Shown piece by piece: positions 56,256-64,000 of a DNA stretch of 64,000 nt (position 1 is its first letter; each line of letters starts with the position of its first letter). The DNA is from a virus, in the IMG/VR virus record IMGVR_UViG_3300045960_000114, positions 64,001 through 128,000 of that record. One strand, 5' to 3'. The position numbers and the translations under genes were made by a program. The notes beneath the pieces were generated by a model. The model did not search any database. It had not been told where the DNA came from and was given only the letters and a program-made list of their open reading frames with translations.

Positions 56256-56434
56256 CTAACCGCGAACTATAAGGTGTGTGTTTTTGGGAGCGGCAGACCG
56301 CGTGTCATATACCCACCGGCGGGCTAGTCCGTACACACATCTAACGAACACAAGGGTAGCTGGCCAAGGATCCCCTGCATGCGTGGGGGTGGCTGGCACC
56401 GGGGGAATAGTCCCCCATTGGAGACAAGACTCAG

Positions 56435-56644
56435 ATGGTCAAGATCGTGTTCGGCGGCAACAGCGTAGTCAAGGCGTACGACGGCCAGCAGGTGGCCCAG
56501 GTCCGCACGGACCTGTCGGGATTCTTTCAGATCCCGGGCAACGCGCAGGTGCGCGTGAACGGCGTCACCGCCGGTGAGGACACCACGCTCCGCCCCAACG
56601 ACGTGGTTGAGTTCATCAAGCAGTCGGGCGAGAAGGGCTGCTAG
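56435..56644 (+). CDS. Ubiquitin-like beta-grasp modifier (Prok-Ub/PRTRC-C-like)
   Basis: 69 aa; VRVNG...LRPNDVVEF...SGEKG-C-stop; SD GGAG. Confidence 0.8.
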   Translation: MVKIVFGGNSVVKAYDGQQVAQVRTDLSGFFQIPGNAQVRVNGVTAGEDTTLRPNDVVEFIKQSGEKGC

Positions 56645-56672
56645 CCCTCTCCGACTGTTGACGTACCAGTGT

Positions 56673-56714
56673 GATACCAGCGCCTGTCTCCCACAGGCGC
56701 TGGTGTCTTTTTTT
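56673..56714 (+). terminator. Intrinsic terminator after the Ubl gene
   Basis: GATACCAGCGCCTG-7nt-CAGGCGCTGGTGTC + T7. Confidence 0.85.
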
Positions 56715-56752
56715 AGTTACCACCAAACCAACCCCAAGAAGCAGGAGGAAGG

Positions 56753-57487
56753 ATGAGTGAGGAGCGGATCGTAGCAGCAAAGGATGCTCCAGCTGCTAAG
56801 CCAGCCGATGCCGTTGAACCGCACTACGCGGATCTCAACGAGCGGTTGACTGAACAGTTGCGGAATTTCCGGGCTGCTGGCGAGGCGTTGGGGCTTCTTC
56901 TCGTCGAGAACATCAAGTTCAACCGTGACAAGTTGAGCGAGTTCTTCGACAAGTTTGAAGCGATCAAAGAAGCGCTGCCGGACGTCGATGCCGTATTGAA
57001 GGCGTGCGACGATCTGGCGGAATTCAAAAAGCGGCTGGATGGTGCCGTGGCGGATCTGGACACCAAGTTCATGGGCCAGCTTACGACCCTGAACAACACG
57101 GTCAATGGACTCGTGGCGTCGCAGCAGGAGAGGGCGCAACGCGACGGACAACCCGTGGATCTGACGTCCGTGATGTCGTTGGTCACCACGATACGCGATC
57201 AGGCGGTGGACCTGGAGAACAGGTTCAGCGCTCTGTACGAACGTGTCACGATGGTGGATCAGAGCCACCGCGATACGACCGGCGAGGTGCACACACGGCA
57301 CGACAACCATGCACGAGCTACCGCCGCGCGGTTCTTGCAGATTGAGAACCGCGTGACGGAACTCGAAGGAAGAGTTGCTAACCTGCCCACGAATCTACCT
57401 GGTCGGCTCATTGAGCTGAGAAACAGGATCGAAAGGCTCGAGCCCCGCTCAGAAAGCGGGCAACAAAACGAAGGAGGGACGTCTTAA
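56753..57487 (+). CDS. Coiled-coil protein in the Ubl cassette
   Basis: Extended heptad pattern; SD GGAGGAAGG. Confidence 0.65.
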   Translation: MSEERIVAAKDAPAAKPADAVEPHYADLNERLTEQLRNFRAAGEALGLLLVENIKFNRDKLSEFFDKFEAIKEALPDVDAVLKACDDLAEFKKRLDGAVADLDTKFMGQLTTLNNTVNGLVASQQERAQRDGQPVDLTSVMSLVTTIRDQAVDLENRFSALYERVTMVDQSHRDTTGEVHTRHDNHARATAARFLQIENRVTELEGRVANLPTNLPGRLIELRNRIERLEPRSESGQQNEGGTS

Positions 57488-58201
57488 ATGGCGGTTCCCG
57501 CACAACAACAGCGGCGTCGGATCGTCGTTCAGAATGGACTCGTTCTGATGGAGCTGGTGACGTTGGAGAAGGTCGGCTCCCTCGGTGACTGGATGAACAA
57601 GGTACTGGAGTCGTCGCCCTCGCCCAGCAAGTTGCTTCCGCTCGACTGCGTGGACAACTTCTCCCTGCGGCGCAAGGACACGACGCACCGCCGGATCTAC
57701 GTGACATACATGCACCCCCGGATGCAGACGTTCCGCTTCCGTGGCGACCGCGCGAACGCGCAGGCACAGCAGTACGAACTGAGCTGGCCGCACACCCTCT
57801 GGTGGTTCGTGTTCTCGAACCAGCAGTTGAACGGCCTGTACCTGACCGCCACGAAGGTCTCACCGTACGAGGTTCCGAACTACATGGACCTCGACTTGTT
57901 CTGGCTGCCCTGTCCGAATCAGTACCCTGAGGGTCACTTCTGCCTCGGTAACCTGAGCACGGACATCTCGTGGCCGGACTGGCGGCGCGTCAATGTCCTG
58001 CGCAATGATGTACTGTCGTCGAACTGGAACACCGACCTGATCCCGAATCTGTCCGGGTTCCCGTTCAGCTCCATCCCGGAGTGGGCGGAGCAGTCGAGCC
58101 GCAAGCCGGAGCTCTGGAAGGAGCTTCCGTTCAAGCCGTACGTACACCCCACGTACCGGAAGATGTGCGACTACCTGATGGGAGTGGGAGGCCGAGAGTA
58201 G
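57488..58201 (+). CDS. Prokaryotic E2 (family D/PRTRC-B-like) conjugating enzyme
   Basis: LSWPHTLWWF...LFWLPCPNQYPEGHFCLGN (putative catalytic Cys 57941-57943)...NTDL. Confidence 0.75.
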   Translation: MAVPAQQQRRRIVVQNGLVLMELVTLEKVGSLGDWMNKVLESSPSPSKLLPLDCVDNFSLRRKDTTHRRIYVTYMHPRMQTFRFRGDRANAQAQQYELSWPHTLWWFVFSNQQLNGLYLTATKVSPYEVPNYMDLDLFWLPCPNQYPEGHFCLGNLSTDISWPDWRRVNVLRNDVLSSNWNTDLIPNLSGFPFSSIPEWAEQSSRKPELWKELPFKPYVHPTYRKMCDYLMGVGGRE

Positions 58202-58202
58202 C

Positions 58203-58514
58203 ATGGCTACGAAAGTCGAAGACGAGAAGTTGATGCAGCAGCTGATCGACGCGCTGGTGGCTATGCCTCCGGGCAAGATCCAGAGCATCCCCGAGATCAT
58301 GGGTCAGTTCATGACCATGTCCCGGGAGAGCCTGGTTACGTGGGCTGGGCGGCCCGAGCAGGTGATGGCCGCCCAGTTCATGGCCTATCTCAAAGGCCAC
58401 GGCATGCTGACGGAAGTGCTGGAGTCGAAGTTCGATTCCTCGTTCAAGGTCATGACGGACGCAATGGCGCTGTGTCCGTCAAAGGCGAGCAGAGTCTCGG
58501 AGGGAGGCCACTAA
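58203..58514 (+). CDS. Hypothetical helical protein in the Ubl cassette
   Basis: SD GGAGG; coupled to E2 and JAB. Confidence 0.6.
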   Translation: MATKVEDEKLMQQLIDALVAMPPGKIQSIPEIMGQFMTMSRESLVTWAGRPEQVMAAQFMAYLKGHGMLTEVLESKFDSSFKVMTDAMALCPSKASRVSEGGH

Positions 58515-58517
58515 GGG

Positions 58518-59807
58518 ATGTTTCCCATCATTCAGGTGAGCAAGGAGATGAAGGACTCCGATATCCCGCAGGAGAATTGTTATCTCATCGGGTCCAACGG
58601 GGTCTTCAAGCAGGTCGTCAACGAGTTCTACAGCGTCCGGGTGAAGAACGGATCACTCCCGGATCTGCAGGAACTCAAGGAAGACGTCGAACTCCACGTG
58701 ACGCGGCTGCCCCAGCGCATCCTCGACCACGTGCACGCGTTCTTCCGCGCCGTGAACGACAAACACAAGGGGGAGGCTGTTGTCCTCCTCATGTACCATC
58801 CCACGGACAAAAGGTGGATCGTCAAGATCCCCCCGCAGGACACAAAGGGGATGAGCGTCCACTACGATCTGGATAAGGGCGACGCCCTCATCTGGATTCC
58901 CTCGAACGGTAAGGAAGAGATGACCTTGGTACATAACCAGCGGGAAGCCCCGCCGGAAGGTATCAAGGATTTCAGGCTCTTCGGGTCGATACACAGCCAC
59001 TGTGACGCCGGCGCGTTTCACAGTGGTACGGATGACAAGGACGAGTTCTGTTTCGACGGCCTCCACATCACGTTGGGGCACGTCAGCAAGAATCCGCCCG
59101 ACATCAGTTGCCGGTGGATGTTAGCTGGCCAGTGGTGGAAAGCGGAAGCGAGCGGCTGCATTGCGTTCGACCACGCGGCACCGAAGGTGGACGACCGCTG
59201 GATGGATCGCGTAAGCGAGGTGAAGTATTCGCCCGCTGTCCAGACCTGGGTGTCCCCGCCATCGGGTACCGGGTTCGATTCGCCCATGAGCAGGCATCCG
59301 TACGATGGCAATGGGTACGGGTACAGCGGGTACGAAGGACCTGGGAGTCACGACGACCCAAAATCACAAACCCCCACACAGGCGGGCGGCGGAAGCGCAG
59401 GAGGAAGCACAAGCGGGACGACAAATCCTGCTACCTCCTCGACTAATACGCCGGATGTGGGGGAAGATGACACACCGCCGGTGTACGAACTGTTCGCTCG
59501 GTACGAGGACGTTACTGAGCACGCAACACTCACCAGTAAGGAACTGTCCATCATCCAGTTGTGCGAGGACGACCCGCAGCTCCTGTCGTTCATGGAGACG
59601 TTGAGTGAGGAGGAACTGAAGCGGTTGCTGACTACTCACGAACTGTTCGACAAGTTCATGGAGGAGGCGTCGATCGACTTCATCGCACGCAAGCAGGCTG
59701 AAGGCGATGGTTCAGGCAAGACGGATATCGACGGCAAGCGGCTTGCCGATCTGATCGAAGAGGAGAAGGAAGCGCAAAAGGAAGGGGAGGTACTCGGGAG
59801 TGTTTGA
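58518..59807 (+). CDS. JAB/JAMM metallo-isopeptidase (PRTRC-A-like) with disordered linker and acidic C-terminal domain
   Basis: YLIGSNGVF; E(GEAVV)...GSIHSHCDAGAFHSGTDDKDE. Confidence 0.85.
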   Translation: MFPIIQVSKEMKDSDIPQENCYLIGSNGVFKQVVNEFYSVRVKNGSLPDLQELKEDVELHVTRLPQRILDHVHAFFRAVNDKHKGEAVVLLMYHPTDKRWIVKIPPQDTKGMSVHYDLDKGDALIWIPSNGKEEMTLVHNQREAPPEGIKDFRLFGSIHSHCDAGAFHSGTDDKDEFCFDGLHITLGHVSKNPPDISCRWMLAGQWWKAEASGCIAFDHAAPKVDDRWMDRVSEVKYSPAVQTWVSPPSGTGFDSPMSRHPYDGNGYGYSGYEGPGSHDDPKSQTPTQAGGGSAGGSTSGTTNPATSSTNTPDVGEDDTPPVYELFARYEDVTEHATLTSKELSIIQLCEDDPQLLSFMETLSEEELKRLLTTHELFDKFMEEASIDFIARKQAEGDGSGKTDIDGKRLADLIEEEKEAQKEGEVLGSV

Positions 59808-60576
59808 ACCCAAAACTGTAGCGGTGGTGGGTTGCGGGGGGATCGGCTCATGGCTGATCCCTCCGCTCGTACGATACTTGGCGTCGGAGGACTACGACGG
59901 GGAGATAATCCTCTTCGACGGCGACAAGTACGAGGAAGGGAACGTTTGCAGGCAGGCGTTCCCCATGCGCTGTATGGGCATGAACAAGGCGGAAGCCATG
60001 CGTGACCGCATCCTCGATGACCTGCCACACGTGCTGGTTACGGCTAACAGCCAGTACATCAGCAAGGAGACGGCTGGGATGGCCATGCGCGAGCATGGCG
60101 TGTGCTTCGCCTGCGTGGACAACCACCCGGCGCGTGCACATCTGGCCCGGCAGTGTGAGTCATTGAAGAACGGACTGTTGATCTCTCCAGCAAACGAGAA
60201 GTATGACGGCAACGTCTGCGCGTACCTGAGAGAGAATGGGAAGGAGTCCACAGAGCACCTCCTCAACCGTCACCCGGAAATTGCGGCGAAGACCGAGGGT
60301 GACCGTGGAGCGGGCTGTGAGGCTCTTACTGCGGCAGGCGAGACGCAGCTGATGTTGGCCAATCTGTATGCGGCTACGACTGCGATGGGTGTGTTCTGGA
60401 ACCTGTACAACCAGGGCATGCGCATGGAGAAGGGTACTAAGCTGACTGAGAAAGCGCAGGAAACCTTCTTCGACATCCGTACGTTGCAGGCGAATACCGT
60501 GTTCGCACCGAAAGGAGGCGTACATGCAGCTAGCCCCGATATGCCTGTCGTCGCTATTCCTGCTGGATCCGCATAG
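59800..60576 (+). CDS. ThiF/E1-like activating enzyme
   Basis: VVGCGGIGSWL, DGDKYEEGNVCRQ, NKAE, CVDNHPAR, GAGC (putative catalytic Cys 60316-60318). Confidence 0.88.
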   Translation: MFEPKTVAVVGCGGIGSWLIPPLVRYLASEDYDGEIILFDGDKYEEGNVCRQAFPMRCMGMNKAEAMRDRILDDLPHVLVTANSQYISKETAGMAMREHGVCFACVDNHPARAHLARQCESLKNGLLISPANEKYDGNVCAYLRENGKESTEHLLNRHPEIAAKTEGDRGAGCEALTAAGETQLMLANLYAATTAMGVFWNLYNQGMRMEKGTKLTEKAQETFFDIRTLQANTVFAPKGGVHAASPDMPVVAIPAGSA

Positions 60577-61378
60577 CCTGCATGAAAGCAAAGAAGTGAG
60601 TCGGGACCTGACGTTGACTGTGGCGGATGCAACGGACGACTACAACACGGACGAAGGCGATGGCGCCTGGATACCAGAGTACCTACGCTGGATTCAGAAC
60701 ATGTGGTTCTCACTGACCCAGGAGGAGATCCACTGGCCGGATTACCACCGGTTCGACGACGATTCATTCCGTGAGACGCTGCGGACCGTATACCACAGAA
60801 ACATGTTCGTGGAGTTCACGAACAGGTTCTACACGGAGTGGCGGGACAACCATATACACATCCCGTCCATGTATGACGTGGACTCCAGCGTACAGGATCG
60901 GGTGTGTTCCGAGTGCGAAAACGACGACGTCTGGGAGGAGGAGTATGACATGACCCAGGCGCCAATCAATCCTGATGAGTGGACGGGGTGGGAAGTTAGT
61001 CCTCCGCGCTGTTCCGCAGCCGTTCTGTTTGCGGTTGGTGAGCGTAATGCATCACTTCGTCAGCACATGGAGAACGCGTGGCAGCAATGGCTCGCCACAC
61101 GAGAGTCGATTGGGCGCCACAATATCTGCGATGAACGATGCGATTTGTTCTACGATAACCAAGCCGATCGCATGAGGCGAATGATCGACTTCAACATCCA
61201 CTGGTTGGACGCGAAGTGGCAAGCCTTTATAGGCACCACTATCCAGATCCCACCGATACCGAAGCCGATCAACGTGCTTCCTTTCCCTGAGCTGCAGATC
61301 GACCCGGCACCAGCCGTGACGATCAGGCCGCTTAGCGAGATCGCAAAGGAAGCACGAAGACTTAGACGTGGCTGGTAA
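60524..61378 (+). CDS. Unknown acidic Trp-rich protein ending the Ubl cassette
   Basis: SD AAAGGAGG; overlaps the E1 end by 53 nt; CSEC and CDERC. Confidence 0.6.
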   Translation: MQLAPICLSSLFLLDPHSLHESKEVSRDLTLTVADATDDYNTDEGDGAWIPEYLRWIQNMWFSLTQEEIHWPDYHRFDDDSFRETLRTVYHRNMFVEFTNRFYTEWRDNHIHIPSMYDVDSSVQDRVCSECENDDVWEEEYDMTQAPINPDEWTGWEVSPPRCSAAVLFAVGERNASLRQHMENAWQQWLATRESIGRHNICDERCDLFYDNQADRMRRMIDFNIHWLDAKWQAFIGTTIQIPPIPKPINVLPFPELQIDPAPAVTIRPLSEIAKEARRLRRGW

Positions 61379-61382
61379 ACCT

Positions 61383-61413
61383 TGCGGGGCCGGGCGTGTA
61401 ACCCGGCCCCGCA
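61383..61413. terminator. Perfect 12-bp GC hairpin closing the Ubl cassette
   Basis: TGCGGGGCCGGG-CGTGTAA-CCCGGCCCCGCA. Confidence 0.6.
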
Positions 61414-61444
61414 CTTGAACCTTTGCCTGCGTAAGGAGACGATT

Positions 61445-61717
61445 GTGGCCATCAAGGTAAAGATGCTGTTCCTGGACCCCCACTGTGTTGATGTCGCAAT
61501 CAAATCGGCTGAGTCGGATGGTGTGGGTATGGACTGGGCGCACCGTCACATCAACGAATGCAAATGCTGCAGCGAGTACGACAAGCTGGTACGCGCGAAT
61601 ATGAAGGATGTGGCTGACGACCATGAGTCCGGGAATCTGGTACGGATGTGCTCAGCAAACACGATGTCCGTCCGCATCCCCAAGGGGATCAAGCACGTGC
61701 ACTTCGAGGCGCCTTAG
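61445..61717 (+). CDS. Hypothetical protein
   Basis: Start reassigned to GTG 61445 (SD AAGGAG). Confidence 0.5.
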   Translation: MAIKVKMLFLDPHCVDVAIKSAESDGVGMDWAHRHINECKCCSEYDKLVRANMKDVADDHESGNLVRMCSANTMSVRIPKGIKHVHFEAP

Positions 61718-61899
61718 TCCCCGGCGATCTTCTTCAGGTGTTCATTCAGTTCCTGGAGTTGCTGATTGGTGCCGTGCAGTTCCTGCTGAATGCATGCTGC
61801 TCGCCGGTCGAAGATGACAATGCAGGTGGCAACCAGGCTGGCGATTACCAGTACCGTGATCAGGAATTCACGCTTGGTCATGTCACACCTCCCAACCAA
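61714..61899 (-). CDS. Small membrane protein with coiled-coil tail
   Basis: FLITVLVIASLVATCIVIF; SD GGAGGTG before ATG near 61883. Confidence 0.45.
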   Translation of the reverse strand: MVGRCDMTKREFLITVLVIASLVATCIVIFDRRAACIQQELHGTNQQLQELNEHLKKIAGD

Positions 61900-61916
61900 A
61901 GGATAAAGGAGAACCG

Positions 61917-62510
61917 ATGTTAAGGCAAGATGTGCCGCTACTTACGTTGTGGCGACATGGCGGGCAGGACGTGCCGTATCTGGCTCTGGACGTGGAAACG
62001 TTGAAGGTAGTCAACCGGTCGCCGCTCTTCAGGTCGTGGGATCCAGGTTGGCAGATGCCGTGTATTGATGCTAGTGGAGAGGGAGTGGACGGGCTCTGGC
62101 GGCTGAACCAGACAGACCCCGAGAACTCAAACGTCGAATTGATGCGGCCTGATGACCTCGATGAAACACAGCGCCGGAACGTTGAAAGATTGGCACGCAT
62201 TTTAAGGCTACTTGGACTGAAGTTTGAAAGCCTCTACGCAGACCTGACTTGTGGTCGTCAGCATCTCGTAAAAGAACAGCAGGATTTGAGCGAGCTTTTT
62301 CAGGTAGGATTATGGATCATGTTTGAATCTATTGACAGGATGGAAGGGCTGGGCTTTCCGCCTTCGGATAACCCGGAGGTATTGTCTGACATAAAGATCC
62401 GCTTAAGCGCACTGGTAAAATCAGTCCCGGAACAGCACGTGAAAGCGAGCTTTTTTAACAGGCTTTTGAGACATGGTTTTCGTACCCTCCGCGATCCCGA
62501 AAAGAAGTAG
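61917..62510 (+). CDS. Hypothetical protein
   Basis: SD AAGGAG; AT-richer 3' half. Confidence 0.55.
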   Translation: MLRQDVPLLTLWRHGGQDVPYLALDVETLKVVNRSPLFRSWDPGWQMPCIDASGEGVDGLWRLNQTDPENSNVELMRPDDLDETQRRNVERLARILRLLGLKFESLYADLTCGRQHLVKEQQDLSELFQVGLWIMFESIDRMEGLGFPPSDNPEVLSDIKIRLSALVKSVPEQHVKASFFNRLLRHGFRTLRDPEKK

Positions 62511-62543
62511 GGTCTCTCCGGTCGACATCTGGGCTGTTGGCGG

Positions 62544-63038
62544 GTGTCCGCCGAAGCTACCCTCAAAAAACCGATGTGGGCGATGCACGTAGTGCAGGAG
62601 CAGACTATGAGTGACCGATGTTACATCAGGGTTTGGTGTGCCAGGTGTGACGTTAACCTCTTTGAACCCATAGGGTTACTTGAGGATGGCGGGGATGAAG
62701 CAGTCGCTGAGTTGGTCAATGCGGAGTGCAACTACGCGGCTGGGATGGGTTCTGGTGATGAGGAAGTAAACGGCTGGCCACTACGTGTTCCGTTCTTCGG
62801 CTGGCACTCAGGCGGCGGTGAATACGGTGCTTTGCAGTTCGTGTGCCTGGGTGATCGTAGGGTGATTACCGTGGCGGACTACAAGGACCAGGTCGTAGTG
62901 GCCTTCAATGGGGCTACGGGTCAGCCTGTCTTTAGTGATGTCGAAAACGCATGTGCGTTCTTTGCGGCCATGGCGGTCGTACGCAACCACCTGATGATGC
63001 GACAGACAGAGGTACCAGGCGGGGCCAGTAGAGCCTGA
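62544..63038 (+). CDS. Hypothetical protein (start may be near 62607)
   Basis: FFGWHSGGGEYG motif; SD AGGAG before 62607. Confidence 0.5.
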   Translation: MSAEATLKKPMWAMHVVQEQTMSDRCYIRVWCARCDVNLFEPIGLLEDGGDEAVAELVNAECNYAAGMGSGDEEVNGWPLRVPFFGWHSGGGEYGALQFVCLGDRRVITVADYKDQVVVAFNGATGQPVFSDVENACAFFAAMAVVRNHLMMRQTEVPGGASRA

Positions 63039-63100
63039 CTGGTGGGAAGGACATGTAGCCCGGGTCGAGGCGGCGATGGATCGGCTTGGCTTGAGAAAGG

Positions 63101-63352
63101 ATGTGGTGGATGGAGAAGCGGGAACTGGTGCTGGGCAGCCTGGTAACGGGCCGCCCAGCAATCCTGTACTTACCGTACGAGATCACGGTAGACGAGGTTA
63201 CGAAGCTGGAAAATTTTGTTGCGCATATCCGCTACGAAGCGGAGCAACGGGCGAAGGAGAAGTTGGATAACCTGAAGGCTGCACGGGGGAGTGCGGCCAA
63301 GGAAGAGACCAGACGGGTTGAACCCATACGGGTGGCGCCGTCACTGAAATAG
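63101..63352 (+). CDS. Hypothetical protein
   Basis: Co-oriented small ORF. Confidence 0.45.
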   Translation: MWWMEKRELVLGSLVTGRPAILYLPYEITVDEVTKLENFVAHIRYEAEQRAKEKLDNLKAARGSAAKEETRRVEPIRVAPSLK

Positions 63353-63362
63353 GAGGCAGTCG

Positions 63363-64000
63363 ATGCCGAATCTCGAGTCGTTCCCGCTCGGCTATCTGCT
63401 CAAGGGTGACGAGGGGGGTGATATCCTGATCAAGGCTTCAGTGAGGATGCTGGGCGAGCTGGCACGTGGTGGGGTGATCGACCACAGCGTGGTGGATGAG
63501 CCCATGCTGATCAGGTGCATTCGGTTGGAGGAGGGCGGGCGTATCATGCATGTATTTCGGTCTGGTACGTACCGCGTGCACCTGGCGGAGAGAGAACTGG
63601 ATCTGACTTGTGAACAGGACGAGGCGTGGTGCCGATTGGTGGAATTCACCTGTCTGCATGGGATGGCGGGCGAACTGCTGGTCTGTGACAGTGGCGGAAT
63701 GGTGCCTGTGCGTACGAAGCTGGCCAGTGGCGAGAAGATCTGTGCCGCGGGTCCGTATTCGTCTTCACTGGTCAAGCAACGCCCGGAGCCGAAGCAGGAT
63801 GTGGTCAATGAGGCGGTTCGCAGCGCTGCGAAGACGGCGTCCTTCGCGAATAACGAACGCAGGGTCAAGCTACGCCCGAAGTTGAAGAACCCGTTGGATG
63901 AGACGCCGGCATCGTCGCCGAGAGACATTGATGCCGAGTGGGCACATTGGCTGCGGCATGGTGCGCAGGAACTGGAGGCGAAGCGGGTGAAGGAGATGCT
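63363..64000 (+). CDS. 3'-truncated hypothetical protein (MPNLESFPLGYLLKG...)
   Basis: SD AGGAGG; frame is open to the window end; not in the ORF track. Confidence 0.6.
   Translation, partial: MPNLESFPLGYLLKGDEGGDILIKASVRMLGELARGGVIDHSVVDEPMLIRCIRLEEGGRIMHVFRSGTYRVHLAERELDLTCEQDEAWCRLVEFTCLHGMAGELLVCDSGGMVPVRTKLASGEKICAAGPYSSSLVKQRPEPKQDVVNEAVRSAAKTASFANNERRVKLRPKLKNPLDETPASSPRDIDAEWAHWLRHGAQELEAKRVKEM

Larger units (their letters stand above)
1..64000. mobile_element. Segment of a large tailed-phage (myovirus-like) genome
   Basis: Baseplate/tail genes, terminase large subunit and a self-sufficient replisome (PolA, DnaB, DnaG, SSB-like, RecA-like, SbcCD); no bacterial housekeeping genes; dense, mostly + strand ORFs with SD sites. 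Confidence 0.93.

Noticed and set aside
1-64000. CRISPR array or periodic guide array that could serve the RAMP gene
   Set aside because: I found no regularly spaced repeats or short-period motif arrays in any intergenic region by eye. A formal array search over the whole genome is still needed.
1-64000. tRNA, rRNA or tmRNA genes
   Set aside because: No cloverleaf with T-loop GTTCRA and D-loop signatures seen in the intergenic gaps.
1-64000. Alternative genetic code or stop-codon recoding
   Set aside because: Long conserved genes (polA, sbcC, terL, dnaB) are intact under the standard code, and TAG/TGA/TAA all end genes next to downstream SDs.
1-64000. Integrase or att site (prophage status)
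   Set aside because: No recombinase motifs and no host genes in the window, so lifestyle cannot be determined.

Overview
This window is a segment of a large, GC-rich tailed-phage genome, probably a myovirus-like or jumbo-type phage of a diderm (Gram-negative) host. It uses the standard genetic code, is gene-dense, and has strong AGGAGG ribosome-binding sites. I found no tRNA, CRISPR array or integrase. Layout: (1) 1-21.4 kb: a 5'-truncated multi-enzyme polyprotein (SNF2 helicase C-terminus + LigD phosphoesterase + ATP-dependent ligase + Zn peptidase), baseplate/tail genes including five tandem Cys-rich paralogs with poly-Ser tracts, an AT-richer tail-tip cassette, and a GT9 heptosyltransferase-like gene. 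(2) 21.4-35 kb: mixed-orientation accessory and morphogenesis genes (DUF5661-type head protein, large primase-like protein, u-spanin-like lipoprotein, ParB-like protein, terminase large subunit, ADP-heptose nucleotidyltransferase, wHTH regulator). (3) 35-55 kb: replication/recombination genes (SbcD, SbcC, a stand-alone RAMP/Cas7-like protein overlapping an SF2 helicase, DnaB, DnaG, UDG-PolA fusion, SSB-like, RecA-like). (4) 56.4-61.4 kb: a complete phage-encoded ubiquitin-like conjugation cassette (Ubl, E2, JAB, E1/ThiF plus three unknown genes). The best candidates for new biology are the phage Ubl-E1-E2-JAB cassette, a putative virion Ser-heptosylation system (nucleotidyltransferase + TibC/AAH-like transferase + poly-Ser acceptors), the orphan RAMP-helicase pair near a structured intergenic RNA, and the K-x-A-delimited repair polyprotein. 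All functional calls come from motif recognition by eye; no database searches were run.
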